From Azolla caroliniana (taxonomy: Eukaryota; Plantae; Polypodiophyta), in contig JBHGNT010000003.1 in NCBI GenBank assembly GCA_043228905.1, positions 24,242,001-24,306,000 on the forward strand: DNA of 64,000 nt, in the 5' to 3' direction. A model generated the notes under the pieces. That model had not been told where the DNA came from. It was given only the letters and a program-made list of their open reading frames with translations, and ran no database searches. Every line of letters begins with the position of its first letter. The first letter of the stretch is position 1. Below, in pieces: positions 27,701-39,472 of this stretch. Position numbers and translations under genes: made by a program.

Positions 27701-28445
27701 TGGTAGCTTGGAGGAAGCAACCAAAGTTTTCAATAGCTCTTCAATTAGTAGTGTAGAATCGTGGACAGCTATGATCTCTGGATATGCCAAACAGGGAAAC
27801 TATGGGAAGGTCCGAAAGTATATCGACAATATGCAGCTATGGGGGTGGAAACCTGATGAGAAAACATATACGAGCATCTTGGCAGGCTGCAGCCATGTCG
27901 CCGAAGTAACTGAAGGCAGTTGGCATCTTCAGTCTATGCTAAAACACTATGGGATAATGCCTGGGATTGAGCATTTCAACTGCATGATTGATCTATTAGG
28001 TCGAGTGGGTCGATTGGATGAAGCTGAAAAGATGCTAAAATGTATGCCATCATCTATGACAATAGTTGGATGGGTGTCTTTGCTCATGGCTTGTAGAACA
28101 TTTGGCAATAATAGACTAGGAAAGCTTTGCTTTGATCAGCTGGTTCAGCTCAATCCTAATGATGCCACGGGATATATGCTGATGTTGAATATCTATGCAG
28201 ATATGGTTTATGATAATGCATGTGAATTAGAAGAATCGAAGAGGGGATCTAGACAAACTCAAAAGGTATGCTTTGAGGTAAATGAGTGCACTATTTCTGA
28301 TCAAAAACCTCATGCACCAAGCTTGGAGACTGCTATCAAGTCTTTGGGTTATATATCTGGGCTTGATGGTATTCCTGACTCTATGATACACAAATGTAAT
28401 CTATTTGATGAATGTGAAATTCAGAAAAAAAGTTACGGACAATAA
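24783..28445 (+). CDS. PLS-class pentatricopeptide repeat protein with E-type C-terminus and no DYW domain
   Basis: The 1220-aa intronless ORF has about 11 P-L-S triplets (LIDMYxKCG / DVVSWNAII.GY / PD.VTF...LKAC). It ends in HFNCMIDLLGRVGRLDEAE...W.SLLMACR...YMLMLNIYA. No HxE/CxxC or DYW motif is present. Confidence 0.95.
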   Translation: MGHLQNRAPLSTRDTIYNLLQECVRKKDMVLGRPIHSVMVTVGLDSVSVLAEFLIHLYASNGDLKEVDSVFSNISEPSSHTWQAIISSHIKLGAHKKALLIYHDMINKHSALPNRFIYLCALKACFSFETFHEGMYIHSEIVKNGLDMHDVVLETMLVDMYGKSGKLMEAHSVFIHCMQYDAILYGALISGYVQHGQCLLALALFEEMKVKGLNPDRFTYSCILKACGNSKTLKQGREIHDRIIICMLESDKVICSTLIDMYVKCGNLEDACKVFESISIKDDVLWSTMITGYVQYGNGLLALDLFEKMKKENQHPDKVIYSSLIKACALIGGVGKGRILHRNIVRDGQESEEAICNSLIDMYSKCGCIEDADKVFQGMAIRSDVSWNTMITAYTEHGKCDLSIKLFHKMGENGTFRDNVSMATTLKACSSSRALQDGRLIHDHVSKIAMESDIMVHNTLIDMYASCGKLDDAFNIFGRKLPRDVVSWNAIIGGYTQHGHPQDAFVLFSEMIQDTHVNVDKITFSSILNSCADLRAIKESFLVNSLILECNVDSEIVVGSALVDMYCKCGLLEEADRIFSKIPNRNVVSWNSIITGYTQEGWGFCALKQFEDMEAQDVKPDSVTFLAVLRACGMIRAAAEGRWVHHQIIFSGCNADELVGNALIDMYVKCASLEEALCVFDKLPKRDVASWNIIIGGYTGRETGLIAFKLFHKMQEEEIEPDHITFLCIIKACASLKAIDDGKLFHTCIIKLGLEQIAAINGALLDMYACFGLLEEAQKVFQNLHSHDIVSCNEMIAGYVDNGHTVSALNIFKDMKEEGIQPDKITFSNILRACQCVEALEEGRIIHYQITRSTASMDEVVGSTLIDMYVKCGSLTEARQVFDEWPSRDMVMWSAMIGGYVSRGLCLAAVELFSCMLQEGLKPDIIIFACILKACGTIGVFTQGQMIHDEIIEAGLELDANIQTSLIYMYGNFGSLEEATKVFNSSSISSVESWTAMISGYAKQGNYGKVRKYIDNMQLWGWKPDEKTYTSILAGCSHVAEVTEGSWHLQSMLKHYGIMPGIEHFNCMIDLLGRVGRLDEAEKMLKCMPSSMTIVGWVSLLMACRTFGNNRLGKLCFDQLVQLNPNDATGYMLMLNIYADMVYDNACELEESKRGSRQTQKVCFEVNECTISDQKPHAPSLETAIKSLGYISGLDGIPDSMIHKCNLFDECEIQKKSYGQ

Positions 28446-29361
28446 CTTGTCCAACAGTTCACTATCTGTAATTTAAAATTACATAAGGGGTTCACCACTG
28501 GAAAATAATTTGATATTAGGTGGTAACCTCAGACAAAATGAGTCATATGCTTGTACATACTGGCTAACCATGCTGCTGCAATTCATCGAAGGAATTCAAA
28601 TTTCAGTAAACGTTAGACACAGTTATTTGTCTATATATAGATACATAGATAACAAGATAAATACAGACATATGTCTGCAGATACATAGTACGAGAATGGA
28701 AATATATATTGACCTGTAAAAGACCAGAGCAGCCTATGAGACCAAACACAATTACATTTGAAAATCATGGTGAACAAAAATTAACGAGTAAAGCAGCCAA
28801 TGAAACCAACTACAAAATTACATCTGAAAATCTTGGAAAACAAAAGTTAAGGATCTCATCATTGTTTAACTGATACAAATGATGCACTTATTGTAGCATC
28901 TATAAATGTTTCGTAGACTCCATAGTTAGACCTAATAATGCACTTAAGGCTCCCTTGAGACTCCTTGGGAAAAAACTCTTCCTCCAAACAAGCACTGATA
29001 TTGCTGCAAAGTTAGAAGTTGGAGAAGAGAATAGAATCACCTTCCTGACTACCAATAGGTTTGGGGTTTATAGTTTACATTACAGTAAGTCCAGCAGTTA
29101 TGATGCAATACAGCCAATGTAACACATATTAAGGTGGATAGCTTTCAATTGATAATAAGGTAGAGGTATGGAGAACGATGGGATAAGATGGAATGGGCGT
29201 ATAGGTTCTTTCCGAACATATGGATCTATGATTTTTGTATCTTCGTGCGAAACCTTCCTCCCAGTCAATCCTATTAGAGGGGCATGTGCCATATGTGGAT
29301 ACCACTTGGAGCTACATGCATTATTCCTGGCATTACATGATAGTATTTTATCCGTTACATC

Positions 29362-30813
29362 CTACATAACAACTATCAAGGCTGATTTCTTCGCATTATC
29401 AGCGTCTTTCATGATTTGCTTCTTTTGTTTCTTCCTAGCTTGGGGTCTTTCTAGGTTTTCCTCTTGTTTTATTAATGCTAACTCCCTTGCATCTTCTTCT
29501 CTGGCCATCCGAGCACTCCATTTCTCTTCCATCTGAATCCTTTGAAAACCTATCTCCATGTTTCTATCATCTTCATCATCATGAAAGTCTCCATACTTCC
29601 TCGGATTGTAATGGAACATCTTCCGGATTAGGTTACTCACATCCTCAGCATCATCTAGATAAAACTCTTCAGATTCCCTAGTCCTCCGCTTAATCAGTTC
29701 TTTCGAAGAAGAAGCTTGAGATGGAAAAGTGTGCCTAAGACCCATATCATTGTTGTGTCTTTTTAGTGGTAATTCAGGATGTTTTGGAGCCTTGGATCCT
29801 TGACTAGATTTTAACTTGGGCAGCAAGTCTTTTCCGAAACGTGCACTAGTTAGCCGCTTTAATGGAAACTTCTGATTAGCATTAATAACCAATCTACAAG
29901 GTCCTGACATTAAAGACATGCTTTTGATAGCAGATTCATTGATTTTTGCTGCAAAAGAATTGTTTGACACAATGCCCCGTTTTAATGTAGTCGTTGAACC
30001 CATACTCAATGGGGCTTTCTTATTGGTATATTCGGTAACATCATTTGCAACATTATTGAAGAGAAAAGAGTAACCTCGGGATTCTTTGAGAAACTCCAAT
30101 CTTTGGTTTCTCTCTGAAATTATCTTTCCACTGGCTTTCTTTGCAACATGAAGTCCTCTCAAGGTTGAACTCAAAGAATCTGTCTTAGAACTTGATTGCA
30201 AAGTCAAAGAATCCTTCTGAGGTTTTGAAAACTTGCCCTCAGGATTGCAATGTGATCTCTCATTCCTGGGTTCATCATTCGGATCATCATTGAAGAGAAA
30301 TGTGTAATCTCGCGATTGCTTCAGGAACTGCAATCTTTCTGACCTCCGTGAATCCAGGAGTGTTTTCTTTGCAGAAGAAATCGCCTTTGATGATAGAGAA
30401 CTTGAATCTGAACTCAAAGAATAATTCTTATTTGAAGCAAGATGGCTTGACGATACCATGTCAACATGAGGCTTGTAAACTTTTTCATTATAAATTTTGT
30501 ACAATCCCTTCTTCTTGACATCACCTTGAATATCATTATTTGCATCATTATTATTGAAGAGAATTGAATAATCCCGGGATTCCTTGAGGAATTGCAACCT
30601 TTGATTGATCTCTGAATTTCTTTTCTCACCACTATCTTTCTTTGGAGAAGGACGCACTTTCGATGATTTATAAGAGCACGAATCTAGACATAAAGAGGCT
30701 TTCTTGTTTGAAGCAAAGTGATCTGATGATCCACTAGTGGAAGAGTGAGGATTTAAATGCATACATTTAGACGTATGATTTCTGCAGAACTCCGTTCTCT
30801 CTGGAAAACCCAT
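29362..30813 (-). CDS. SPT2: SPT2-like chromatin protein (C-terminal SPT2 domain), intronless
   Basis: The 483-aa ORF has C-terminal VSNLIRKMFHYNPRKY..DDEDDRNMEIGFQRIQMEEKWSARMAREED, matching the SPT2 domain consensus as I recall it. The N-terminal half has three LxFLKxSRxYxxLFN motifs. Confidence 0.8.
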   Translation of the reverse strand: MGFPERTEFCRNHTSKCMHLNPHSSTSGSSDHFASNKKASLCLDSCSYKSSKVRPSPKKDSGEKRNSEINQRLQFLKESRDYSILFNNNDANNDIQGDVKKKGLYKIYNEKVYKPHVDMVSSSHLASNKNYSLSSDSSSLSSKAISSAKKTLLDSRRSERLQFLKQSRDYTFLFNDDPNDEPRNERSHCNPEGKFSKPQKDSLTLQSSSKTDSLSSTLRGLHVAKKASGKIISERNQRLEFLKESRGYSFLFNNVANDVTEYTNKKAPLSMGSTTTLKRGIVSNNSFAAKINESAIKSMSLMSGPCRLVINANQKFPLKRLTSARFGKDLLPKLKSSQGSKAPKHPELPLKRHNNDMGLRHTFPSQASSSKELIKRRTRESEEFYLDDAEDVSNLIRKMFHYNPRKYGDFHDDEDDRNMEIGFQRIQMEEKWSARMAREEDARELALIKQEENLERPQARKKQKKQIMKDADNAKKSALIVVM

Positions 30814-31290
30814 GAACGAGAAAATGGAGAGTAGCGTAAGAAGAAGAAGAAGACGAAATTTCTGTTTAGGAAAACCCTAATACCTATTACTGATCGATGT
30901 CTTGCTCTCTGAAAACCCTACAAAGTAATCTCTGATCTGAGAACACTACTTCACGCTCGTTCGGAATACCCCACTCTGCTTCTGCTCTGCGAACACCCGC
31001 CAGAAATTAAAAGGCCATGGCCCCAAAGGAGAAAATGGAAAACGGAAAACGAAAAACGCAGAAGCCAGAACGCGAAACGCAAAAACATAAGAAGAAAACG
31101 CAAAGCTGCCAAACGTATGTTATCCATATGCTGTTAGACCAGAACGCGAGAACGCAAAACCATAACTAGGAACGCAAACCTTTCAAAGATATGTTATTTA
31201 TACCAGAACGCTAAACGCAAAAAGATTCATTAGAAATGCAAACCTTCCAAACCCATGTTATGTACATATAAGCCCAAGTGATATATAATA

Positions 31291-31455
31291 GGGAAAAGTA
31301 CTGGAAATCCCTGGAAGTTCGTCTATTTACCAGAATGCCCCTGGAAGTTCCAAATTTACCAAACTACCCCTATCTCCAAAAAACAAAAACACTTTATAAA
31401 GTAATTATACACTTTATAAATTTGGAACTTCCAGGGGTATCCTGGTACTTTTCCC
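31291..31455. mobile_element. Mutator-like (MULE) MITE, 165 bp
   Basis: TIRs GGGAAAAGTAC...CCCTGGAAGTTC / GAACTTCCAGGG...GTACTTTTCCC with a perfect 9-bp TSD TATATAATA (31282-31290 and 31456-31464). Confidence 0.9.
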
Positions 31456-33167
31456 TATATAATAATATATGTATTGTTAAGACCCTCCCATCTATCTCTC
31501 TTGTCCACATGGATTCACTACTTGTGGCCCCATCCACATGAATTTGGTGGCCCCGACAAAAACACTACTTGTTGCCTTCACCTCTAACTAGATAGATGTC
31601 TCTACATTTAGGAGCACCTTCAAGATCACAATGTCCTTCCTTTTCACCACCACCCATTTGGACTCTTCTGCAAGATGTAAACTCATTTGCTCATGATGCT
31701 CGATGCCCCACTCACAATTAAGCTCACATTGTTTGAGTGGTTCATGACCATTGATGTAGGTGTGATTGATCACTCGACAAATTAGTTTTTACCTTTGTTA
31801 GTCTCTTAGGTGTGATACTTGTTGGTACATCCAAGCTATGCATGACGGTTAGTCGACCATAAGGCACATAAGGCACACCTTGGCTTTATGACTTCCCATG
31901 GATAATTATCAATCTCATGTAGAATATCAAAACCTACATGGATCTTTTCATTCATTTCTAACTAGATGGTTCTTCTAGACTCAAATGAGAGTGGATCTTT
32001 TCTCATTTTTCTCACATGGACATTTCCAAACAAGGATAGCTTCTTCTTTCCTTAGGCCGTCTCAGTGTAATCAAAGCTTGCACCTTGTCTTTGACCTTAG
32101 CCTTGGTAATTATGCATCTCAGATTATGCATCTTCTTTCATCAGCCATCTCTATGTAATGGAAGGTTGCCCTAATAATAGTTCTTTCATCAGGCCATCTC
32201 TAGGATTGGACTTGAGTTCTTTCAATTTTATACCTTTAATGCTTGAATGCTAGCATGTAAACCACCAAGGAAAGGATTGAACTTGGGGTTCTCTCAATTT
32301 TTATAACTTTGATGATAGCACCTAAGACAACAAAGCTCGTAGTACATGAACTCCACTTTTTATGTATTATGAGAAGCAAAAAATGATATATGACTTATTT
32401 AAATTTGCTTCAAGCATGTGAATGATGCAAAACTACTCAGGATTGGGGAATCAGACATGGATCTCTAACAAGTAATTGAGCTAATGCCCCGAGGGAAAAT
32501 TATGAATATAGTCTAATGAGTACATGAAACAATACAGAATATTTAGATCTGCTTCGAGCATGTGCATGATGCAGAACTAGCCATGGGTCTCTAATCATTT
32601 GGGGTAACGTCCCCAGACAAAATGTTGAGTTCCAAACATGCAGGTTGGTGCCATCATCCATTTGCAATAACAACACACTTCTAAGTGTACTACGGTGCCA
32701 AACCAGTTAAAACAATATTCTGAATCATGTGAACTTCATTCGAATGCCTATGGTAGTTACGAATTAATTCCTGAGATAGACAATTGTACTCATTATTGTT
32801 GAACGTGCTGAGTAGGACATGTATTTCTAGTTCATCATGGAATGATGAAGTACATCAAAGTTTAAAACATGGTATGTCAAAATTACATACACTGAAACAC
32901 GAACGTTCATATAAACAGTAGCTAGAGGCATTATTCAATGTTAAATATTGATACAAGAAGACAATTTTATACATTTTCCTCGACTATAAAGGTGCTTAAA
33001 TTATACAGCACTGAATCGATGGTTCCATTGATCCACATCACTCAACAATAGATCCCATACCTATCTTATCATCCATAGTTACTGAAATTCTCCTCAATTT
33101 TGATGTTTCAGACATAGTTAACGAATCCCTGAAACATCATAACCACTTTTGCATGCATGGCTTGATG

Positions 33168-36100
33168 TTATAAACGCTTTATATCAGCCTGTCCTCTGCA
33201 TGCATTTTGTACTGCATTCTCAAAATCAGATGCTTTGTCTTCTTCAACCATAACTGTCATGCATGTCCCACCCTTTTTGGTCATATCATATTCTTCTCGA
33301 AGCTTGATCACTTTATAAACTTCCATCTGCAAAAGGAACATCAACAGAATATTACATCTCAGTCATTTTGTTTCAAGTAAATGAACCAAGTCCATCCATG
33401 ATATAACACAGCCTTCTTGCTTGGAAGCTATTCTGGAGTTCCTCCAGCTAACAAGAACGAAATTGAAAATGTCATCATCCTAAACACAGGATATCAACCC
33501 AATTTGGTTTGAATTTCTTGAAAGAAAGGATGGACCTTCCGAGGGTCTTTAAAGAACTAATTGATGAGTCCATAATGTGGTTACAAAAAAAACTACTATA
33601 GAAAGGCAATAAAACTACTATAGTCCAAGAATTGCACCTTGCAAATGGCAATACTGCATCATATGTAATCATAAGAAGTGTTGTTTTCCAAACTAGGAGT
33701 ACAAGGCACACATTTATTGTCAAAAAGGTTCCACCAAATGTTTTCCTTTGAGCATTTTTAACATTAGCTCACTACTACTACTGCCAAGAAAAACCCATTA
33801 TATCATCTCTCTCTCTGGACAAAGACATTACATGCTAGAGTATGGTACAATCTTCCACTTTGATAATAAAGAAACTATAAACCCAATCAATCATGCAAAT
33901 ATCTTACCAGTGGATAAATCACTCCAAGTAAATGAAATGCCAAATGCACCTCCAACTTTACCTACAATCCATAAGCAGCTTGATCATTTGCCACCAATTC
34001 AACACATGTTTATTATTGCTCAACTGCGCTAATAGAATTGCCCATAATTGCTCACTCAAGGTTTACTATAAGAATTTTTATATCTTTCTTAAAAGGGCAG
34101 ATAATCATAACCAGAATCAATTCTATTCTAGACCATCCACAAGTAGTTTATTAAGTTAATTAGGAGGTTCGTGATCTGACAATCCTGTGCACAAGCCTGA
34201 GGACATAAGAAAAACAAATGGTGTTTACACTGCACAAGCAATGTAGTACTCAATTCCCTAAACCATTATACAATTTAACTGACACTCAAGTTTGTAACAT
34301 ACCTCTGGTTTTAGAACTATGGTTTTTGCTTCCTTTAAGCAATCAAGTGACACTCCTCCATATGCTCTTGCCAAACCTCCGGTGCCAAGTTTGATACCGC
34401 CATAGTACCTACAATATTATCAACGTGTTAACAACAAAATAATACTCTTCCTTAAGTAAGAGTTTTGAAAAGAAATAGGTGAGAAACATGATCCATTGAC
34501 CTTGTAACAACCACCATAATATAATCAAGTCCTAATGCAACAATAGAAGAATATATCGGCTTTCCCGCAGTACCTCCTGGCTCTCCGTCATCATTAAATC
34601 GGTATGTATTTTGAACCTGATCATATGGTTTCTAAGTTTCATCGTGTATCAGTTGCAATGAAGCCCACAAAGGAAGTTGTAGTATATGCCCACCTTGTAA
34701 GCCCAACAATTATGTGTAGCACGAGGATCACTAACCTGTATCAGACAACATCCATGAATAAGAACTCCAAAAAAGCTGTAAGATTTGTAAAAATATAAAA
34801 TAAAATTAATAAACATAGATTATCTCAACCAAATTTTTGAGGATAAGAAATCATCATATTTTTTATTCAGCAAACTTGGGATATCTTTTATTTATAGTCA
34901 TCTTTAAGTTTTGCTTGTGTAAACATATACAAGGTGGTCCAAATGTAAAGTTCGATATGTGTTATACACTAACCAAACATTCATAAAATAAAATAAAACA
35001 TACAGATAGTGGATATAGATTAAGTTTTGATATAGATAGTGGATGCTCCAAAAGAAATTATGGAAACATAATTATAAGCTAAGGGACCTTAAAAGTTTTT
35101 GCCATTATAATATTGAAATTGCAACAATCTAAGCCAAAGACTTCATTTATGGTGCAATTACCTTGAATCTCTACTAGGAAATGTATCTTCTATATCTTTC
35201 CATTATCATTTGCAAACGCATTATCTATGACGCACGATCATGGTGACCAAAATTGAGCTAACAGGGAAATGCAGTCATAGGGGAGAAAATTAGTAGAGAC
35301 GGCAAATAATAGAGGAGACTTAAAGAGATAGTAGAGAAGTTCAGCTGAATAAAGGAGAGAGTGCACAGAGATTCAGCATATGATAAAATGTTCTTGGTTG
35401 ATTAAATATGCATTTATGTATTTGGATGATGATAGTAATTGCTAGGATTATCATTTATAAAGATTACAGAAGCATTAAGGTGATCAATTGTCCCTTTTGT
35501 CCAGACTGTGATTATAAAGTACTAAAGATGGAAAGTCTCCATCTCTGAATTATAAAGTTGACTCCATGATTTTAGGTATGATGAAATGTTTTCGGTGGAT
35601 TAAACATGTATTTAGGTATTTGGACACTGGATGGATACGTGAAAGCTGGTAAACATGTAAGTGTGGGTTATAAGTTCTTTAGCAATATCTAGGATTACCA
35701 TTTATTGAGATTTTCCAGATTTTACAGAAGCATTAAGCCTTTGTTCATATTTTGATTTATAGAACCGTGTTGCCAATTTGTCTTAGAGTTACAACATGTT
35801 ATAATATTTAGGAAGTAGCAATGGGATTTCTCGTGAACATATGACTATGGGTAGCAGTTCACATACTAATAAGTCTGACATATGATGGCATAAATAACCT
35901 ACTCTAGATTTCTTTGAGACCCTAGAGTATAAGGTCATTGGTAGTGCATAATTTCTCTATGCTTGGAAAATGGAATTCTCTTTCCTTTAAAACACCAAGC
36001 TGTCCAAATATCTCAGATTTCAGGTCATTGGTAGCTCATAATTTCTCTATGCTTGGCAAATGGAATTTTCTTTCTTTTAAAACCTCAAGCTGTCCAAATA

Positions 36101-37684
36101 TCTCAGATTTCTCTTGATCAGAGTCAACAATATCTTTACAGAATAGTTTGATCTGAATTTCCGTTTCTTAAGAATCAAAATAAATGCATTATTCTATAAT
36201 ATATTCTCTTTCCTTTAGAGCAGAAGGCTTTGTAAAGCTGTAAAATTTGTAATGATTCAATCCAAACATCATTGAAAATTAACCTAGCAAGGTTAACGCA
36301 TCTAAATCCAAATAAATTTCGTCCCTCTTTACTCAGGTTTTCTTCATTCAGCTTATCTCAAGAATCCTGTAGTATGCTTATTTCAACAAATCGTAATGTA
36401 GTGTAATTTCATTCAGAGGACTGTGTTCTCCAAATGTCTAGAACTTCCCTTAATTATAGCCATGAATTTATTTGTACATTTCTTCAGAATCAAAACATCC
36501 ATTATAGGTAATCCATACAAGCATCATCAAAACATACATTATAGCTCAAACTGGTTTTACATTTCCTCAGAATCAAAACATACATTATAGGTAATCCATA
36601 CAAGCATCATCAAACATTAGTCTATAAGTGACAAAAGCATTTAAGGTTTGATTTTGCTCCCTTTTCCCAATTTCATCAATATTTCTCCTGTTTTTTTTAG
36701 ATTTTCTTTATTCATAGAAAACTTGCCCTTTTTAACAGAGGTTGGTAGATTTTGCGGCTGTTTACTCAAATTTATATGATTTCCTCCCTTTGTTCTCATA
36801 TTTCTTTATGCCTGAGCTAGTATTTCAGGAATCATAAAATTGCATTTGTCAAGACCAGGTTCCACTTAGTGGGGTGATTGTAAAGAAATTAATTTTCCCG
36901 TTCTTTCTACTGATGTTGGAGTTTTTCTCACATTTTATTCACATCATAGCTGCTACTTCAGAGGAATTGTCAAGCTTGGAACATAGTTAGACTAGTATTT
37001 CTCATTTTTCTTCAGTTAAACACTATCTTAAGGATCATCATGTTTCACATTTACCCTACTATTTCAAGAATTATGAAGTTTCACATCAAATCTAGTGTTT
37101 CAAAAATCGTTTAAGCTAACAATTTTCATGAATTATGTTAATTTCACACATATGTTGGTATTTCAAGAATCATGGAAATTGCAGGCCTAAGCTTGCATTT
37201 TAATAATCGTGAATGATTCTTCACATTTAAGCTGATACCTCAAGTTATAAGAACATACACTGTTCTCAGCTGATACCTCAAATTTTAGAGTCAAAACTTT
37301 TTGGAACACATTTTCTCAGATGTCTTTCTCACATCTCAATCTAATAAGCCCTATGCTAGTTACTTTCAAAGGATCATGCCGTTTCTTCACATCAAATCTA
37401 GCATTTGTTAAGAATCATGCAATGTCAAATGTAAATGTAACGAAGAATCCTACCTCGTTGAGAAAGTCTAGAGCTGCGCGTTCAGAAGCAACATGTGAAG
37501 CCACAGCTATGAACTTGCTCTTCTTTATCTCCATCTGTTTGAAACATCGCTCTGCTAGGGTTGTACTATAACCCTTGCAAGAAACAGCGACCGGGTTTCT
37601 CTTACCATCTGCCAAGGTGGCAGAGTTAGGGCAAAAGACCAAGCTTTTCTTCACATGCGTCCATTGTCGAAGCAGAAGAATCAT
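33168..37684 (-). CDS. IMPACT/YigZ (UPF0029) family protein, probably organelle-targeted
   Basis: Exons 37684-37454, 34735-34694, 34616-34501, 34408-34303, 33961-33908 and 33326-33168 join in frame: [56 protein letters not shown]. The start codon is uncertain. Confidence 0.92.
35932..36110. repeat. Tandem duplication of ~90 bp in IMPACT intron 1
   Basis: aggtcattggtag...ctgtccaaatatctcagattt occurs twice, near-identical. Confidence 0.9.
36475..36618. repeat. Direct repeat of ~60 bp in IMPACT intron 1
   Basis: tacatttc.tcagaatcaaaacat.cattataggtaatccatacaagcatcatcaaa occurs twice. Confidence 0.85.
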
Positions 37685-38280
37685 GAAGCAAAAACAAACA
37701 AATGGAAACGAAAAACAAGAAGGAACAAAAAACTGCTTGCAAAAATTTAACACATTACAATAGAAAGCAAAAGGCAAACGGAAAACAAAATTGTGTACAA
37801 GAGAAAAATATATATTAGATTGGCTTTTCCTCACATACTGAATTCGTGGCCACACAAGTAAATTGTCGGAATAAAACAAAGAAGAAAATAACACGATATA
37901 TCCATAAGAGAGACAAAGAATGTAATCGTTGTCCGGCACCTAGAAGAAATAGGAAGATTGTACATCCCCATCAAACTAGAATAACAAGGCTTTAGAAACC
38001 AAGAAAGTTTTTCATGCCTCATTAGACTAGAATAGACGAATAATTAGTCACCTTATAAGGGGAATACAAACTAGATTGCTTCCTTCCTTCGTATGGACTT
38101 GATAGGATCTTCATGTGAACATTGGTCGTGATAATGGAATTCATCGTTGAGGCTAGACAAAACAAAAGTGGAGATGAAAAACACCCAATTTGTCATTGCT
38201 CCATCTAGGACCAAAGAACTTTTTTCCATGTGCAAATCATTAGCCACCTCTCCATATAAGACTAAAGAGAAATACTTTCA

Positions 38281-38460
38281 TGTGCAAGAGCATTAGCCAC
38301 CTCAATGATGGATGAGAAAATGGTTAACAAAGTACAAAATTACTGGTTCACCCTCTTGCCTGACTTGTTTGTGCAAGAGCATTAGCCACCTCAATGATGG
38401 ACGAGAAAATGGTTAACAAAGTACAAAATTATTGGTTCATCCTCTTGCCTAACTTGTTTG
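38281..38460. repeat. Tandem duplication of ~90 bp, intergenic
   Basis: tgtgcaagagcattagccacctcaatgatgga...ctcttgcct.acttgttt occurs twice. Confidence 0.9.
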
Positions 38461-39472
38461 TCATACACAATTCTACAATCGTAAACATTAAACATGGGGT
38501 GCAATATTTCCCTATGCACACTCCAACAAGCCCAATAAATAGGCTAACCACTTTAAACTATCCACTTCGACATTTCAATTGACACAAATGAACAATCTCA
38601 TTTCCAACACTTTTGCATACGTTCTTACTCATCGACAAACTCAGACCACATAATCAACCCCCAAGAATGAACCCAAATTTATGTACCCAAATGAAACCAT
38701 GTCTTATAGCAAAAAAGACAGCATCATACTTTCATTATGGCACAATGATTCTAGAGATTTTGGTAAATCTTAATTACAGTTACATTGAATGACTTGCTAA
38801 TACATGATAGTATTTGGGAGAGTATTTGGGTTCTAACTTCTAAGTGGTCTTGATGTGTTACATATAACAATAGTTTTCTATGTTTGAAACCTTTAACAAA
38901 AAGAATTTGCCACAAAATATGAAATCGCAACAATCACTCAAAAATTGATGAATGATGAGGTAACCATCAAGCACAAGTTATAAAAAGAAGCATCAGATTT
39001 GGAAATCCATCCCAGTTGACCTAATCATTGATAGCATAGAAATACAATTTTTTGAACCTTCTAATACAAATAACAGACATTTATAAAAAAATTGAACAAT
39101 ATGATCAGAACATATAGATTCAAGAAAATATGAAAATCGTAGCTGAAGGCTGAAATCAGAACATTAAAACCACTCCCAGAATTAAAATCGTTGTTTTGCT
39201 CGGAGAAGTGTTAATATTTTACATTGGATTTTTGCTAGTTCATGTATAGAAAAGGGTCTTCATTCACCTTTCAATCATCTAAACAAAACAAAAACAAAAA
39301 AAAACATATATCTTCAAAAGAGTTGATTCTTAAGTACCCAGTTGAAGAAACGGACCAGTGGTTTCCGCTGAACTTGCATAAAACCCACCAATAATCCATT
39401 AACAAGCAACAAATTTCCCATTAGCAGAATGCAAATGGTTGATCATAGCAGTGCTAACAAGGAAAATTTAAC

